From Bdellovibrionales bacterium (GTDB lineage: Bacteria > Bdellovibrionota > Bdellovibrionia > Bdellovibrionales > UBA1609): DNA of 64,000 bases. Position numbers and translations under genes: made by a program. Below are positions 61,247-64,000 of this stretch, piece after piece. The stretch is from the NCBI GenBank assembly GCA_965261545.1, contig CBDHDF010000006.1:32001-96000 (forward strand). The letters run 5' to 3'. The first letter of the stretch is position 1; the number at the start of each line of letters is the position of its first letter. Below the pieces are notes generated by a model. The model saw only the letters and a program-made list of their open reading frames with translations, was not told the origin of the DNA and did no database searches.

Positions 61247-61344
61247 GCCAGTTATCCACAAATTTATCCATGGTGACGCTGCGTCTGTGACCCCGATGTC
61301 TATCAACGCAGCGCTGCCGTGGGTAAATTTTGTGGATAACTGGC
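61247..61344 (+). other. DnaA-box hairpin module, IS21-B copy
   Basis: TTATCCACA at 61252-60 and TGTGGATAA at 61331-39; 90/98 identical to the IS21-A copy at 63828. Confidence 0.85.
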
Positions 61345-61433
61345 GGGTACATGATTCAATAGTTCCGATGGAGTGTCTCCCGATGGTGTCTTCTGATGGT
61401 GTCTTCTAAGGTCTGCTTTTGCATGGATTCTCC

Positions 61434-62162
61434 TTAAATCGTCTTTCTCTGCCTAAATGAGCTTCCAGACATGGCTATTTTGATAGCTTGAGAGGTTATG
61501 CGATCCATAATAGCTTCACAAACGATGGGATCCCCAATGACTTCACTCCAATTTTTTATTGGAAGTTGGGTTGTAAGAATGAGGCTCAGGTCAGGGCCTC
61601 GTTCATCAATCACATCGTAAAGGTCTTGATATTGGCTGGAGGTAAGGGGTTTGATACCAAAGTCATCCAACACAAGTATAGAGATTGATTTTAGCCTTTT
61701 AAGGAAGTTTAGATATGTCCCCTGGGCTCTTTCTAAGTTGAATTTTTCAACAAGAGTATTCATTCTGAAGAACTGAGTGGAAAAACCCTGGCGACAGGCG
61801 TGATTGCCTATGGCACAAGCCAAATATGACTTTCCAACACCTGTTGGGCCAGAGATAATTATATTTTGACCTCTTTGAGCAAATCTCATAAGGGCTAGAT
61901 CACTCAAAACTCTTCGATCGACTCCTCGGCTGGGCTTGGTTTCAAAGGCCTCAAGGCTTGCTTTTTGCTTCAAAGCTGCTCTTTTGATAAGTCTTAAGAC
62001 CTTCTGATTGTCACGATGGATTTTTTCGTCCTCAAAGATGACATTTAGAAAGTCCTCGTAACCAAGATCCTGCTCCTCAGCTTCTTTGAGCCTCTGGCTC
62101 AAGGTTGCTAAAACTCCCCTCATTTTTAATATCTCTAATAAATTTTCTGTTTGTTTAATCAT
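61434..62162 (-). CDS. istB: IstB AAA+ ATPase
   Basis: GPTGVGKS, LDDFG, LTTQL, AIMDRI. Confidence 0.95.
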   Translation of the reverse strand: MIKQTENLLEILKMRGVLATLSQRLKEAEEQDLGYEDFLNVIFEDEKIHRDNQKVLRLIKRAALKQKASLEAFETKPSRGVDRRVLSDLALMRFAQRGQNIIISGPTGVGKSYLACAIGNHACRQGFSTQFFRMNTLVEKFNLERAQGTYLNFLKRLKSISILVLDDFGIKPLTSSQYQDLYDVIDERGPDLSLILTTQLPIKNWSEVIGDPIVCEAIMDRITSQAIKIAMSGSSFRQRKTI

Positions 62163-62243
62163 TTTCTTCTCCTATACGACCTCTCTTATGGAGGTCAAAA
62201 TGACCCGTTAGGTGGTTGAGAACCACCCACCGGGGCTATGTGA

Positions 62244-63522
62244 TTAGTGGCGGCAAGCATTCTCCCAGTGCTCTGAACCTCTTAAATTTTCATTAGGTTG
62301 ACGGCAGACTCTTGGCTCCTCTTTTCGATGACTTTTTGCTGAAATGACTTTCTCAACTCCACGAACCCTAATGTCACTTAAAGCTGCATCTACAAAAAAT
62401 GAGCAAGCCTGCTCCAAAGAAGCTGTTGAATACCGTTTTCTTAGATTGAGTATCCCCTGAACACGACGAAGATACATAAGCGGATGGCGAGGCTCTTTGA
62501 TAAGCCGCTCGGCAACTTTGTGAATGCTTTCTCCAAGGCTTGATGCCTCTTTAAGTACATTTTGTGGCGTTTGCTCTAAAATGGGCCGGTGGGACTCAGG
62601 GAGATGAGATTTTGTCGTAAAGTAGCGCCCTCGACTGCCCTGGGGGATGTGATGTATCGCCACCCGCTCTAATTCTGAATAAACCTCCAAGCATTGTTGG
62701 CTAATACGAATATCTAATTTCTTGCCGCGATGCTTATAAGGAACAGAGTAAAAATTGTAGTTATATTGAATGTGACAATCCGGATGAACCTTGGCATGCT
62801 TCCAGAATCCACTCTCATAGCGTCTTTCAGGAAGAGGATTCAATTTTGACTTCTCAAAAGATTCAAACTTCTGTCGACGACTCAACCCATACTTTTTTTG
62901 AATACGATCATTGAAAATAGCTGCCAAATGCTTCAACTCAGCGTTGATGTCTGCTAGAGAATACATTTGTCGCTCTCTTATCTGGGGCCAAGACCAGCGC
63001 CAAAAGACTCCAAGGGTATTTTCGATAAGACTCTTGTCTTTGGGATGAGATGGCCTCATCGCCAAAGGAGCCACATTGTAGTGATCACACAAGAGGTGAA
63101 ACTCAGAGTTAATATCGGGATCATAAGTATCAGCTCTTGTCACTTGAACCTTTGCGTTATCAAAAGCAATGGTTTCGGTCACACCACCAAAAAACTCAAA
63201 ACCAGAAGCTATGGAGGAAAAAACATCTTCCCGCTGCTCTGTTAATGTGGCGCAGGGAAAGAAAAACTGACTCGATGGAAGTATCATCCCAAATAATCGA
63301 CATTGGATGAACTCCCCAGTCTTGGTATCTGTATAGCCAAAACAAGAGTCTTTTCCCTTATAGTCAAATTCACTCCGCTCACCAGGGGTGAATGTCTGGT
63401 GCATATCAAGCTTTATACTTGGGTGCCTCCGACGAAACTCTCTCCAAAAAGAAAGATAACTCACACCGTCAATCTCGGACTGAATATGTCGCTCCCAGTA
63501 ATGAGCTAATTGAGTCCCTAGG
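62244..63522 (-). pseudogene. istA: IstA transposase, 5' part displaced by IS21-A copy 2
   Basis: PGERSEFDY, FDNAK, KDKSLIEN, YSVPY; the frame stays open up to the insertion at 63523. Confidence 0.88.
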
Positions 63523-64000
63523 TGTTAGGCGCCAATTAAAATTGGCCATTTTTAGAAGCCGTCGCCAATGAAAAACGGCCAGTTGATGATGTACTGATTT
63601 AGTTATTCTTCGTTCAGAGTTTAGTCAAGTGTCTTTATTTTGCTCATCATTTAACTCGGACTATGCCACAAGATTCTGAGGAATGATTTTCTGCCCACCA
63701 CTTTTGGCATGACCCCAAATGCATCCTTCAGCCCTATGGCAGAGGTAAATGGAGTATTTTTCAGGATTCCTTGGCGCAGCTAATGTCTAAAGCTCCGCGA
63801 GAGTGACGAGCAAATAGTACGGTAAAAGCCAGTTATCCATAAATTTATCCATGGCGACACTGCGGCTGTGACCCCGATGTCTAGCAACGCAGTGCTGCTG
63901 TGGATAAATTTTGTGGATAACTGGCGAGTTCCTTCCCCAAAAGTGGGGATCTCTAATGAACTTCTTTGGTTGAACTTTCCTCTTTGCTCTGTTTAGACTT
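63523..64000 (-). mobile_element. IS21-A copy 2 (right end, partial)
   Basis: Reverse complement of the IS21-A right part, without the IS1634-B insertion and with a single copy of the 53-bp segment. Confidence 0.93.
63828..63925 (+). other. DnaA-box hairpin module, IS21-A copy 2
   Basis: Reverse complement of 38213-38311 apart from a 1-nt homopolymer difference. Confidence 0.85.

Larger units (their letters stand above)
60888..63522 (-). mobile_element. IS21-family element IS21-B (one end plus istB and istA; interrupted by IS21-A copy 2)
   Basis: Terminal 23-bp repeats x3 (60897-60966) plus an inverted copy; istA and istB. Exact end uncertain. Confidence 0.85.

Noticed and set aside
60984..61409. 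141-aa plus ORF and 100-aa minus ORF in the IS21-B end
   Set aside because: They overlap terminal repeats and the hairpin module and have no recognisable motif.

Overview
Bacterial chromosomal window, most likely from a Bdellovibrionota/Oligoflexia-type organism. This is inferred from the gene set, a 'YQNC' lipobox and a Bdellovibrio-like pilin; a host-associated lifestyle is plausible but unproven. 1-24 kb is mostly housekeeping: partial TonB receptor, Fic, ddl-ftsQ-ftsA-ftsZ-lpxH, purC, mtaB-mnmA-cysteine desulfurase, ftsY, hutU, HU, TldE/TldD, an ATP-grasp-like protein and a peroxiredoxin. 24-44 kb holds two surface-lipoprotein genes. One carries an apparently exact 696-bp internal duplication. 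The other (GLUG-type) is split by a ~17.5-kb stack of ten nested IS/MITE elements (IS4, ISL3, IS21, IS1634 families) whose ends and target duplications can be read base by base. 44-61 kb is core again (xth, fxsA, protease, porin, THUMP methylase, tamB, Omp85, pilin-like), and the window ends in two nested IS21 elements. The most notable signal is a ~98-110-bp covarying hairpin built from four DnaA-box-like 9-mers. It sits just downstream of the last transposition gene in three unrelated IS elements (two divergent IS21s and one ISL3; four copies in total). Also notable: an IS1634-family element with 53-bp and 125-bp target duplications, a MITE inside a MITE, and pervasive short tandem duplications. 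No rRNA, tRNA or CRISPR array was recognised. All calls are by eye, with no database searches.
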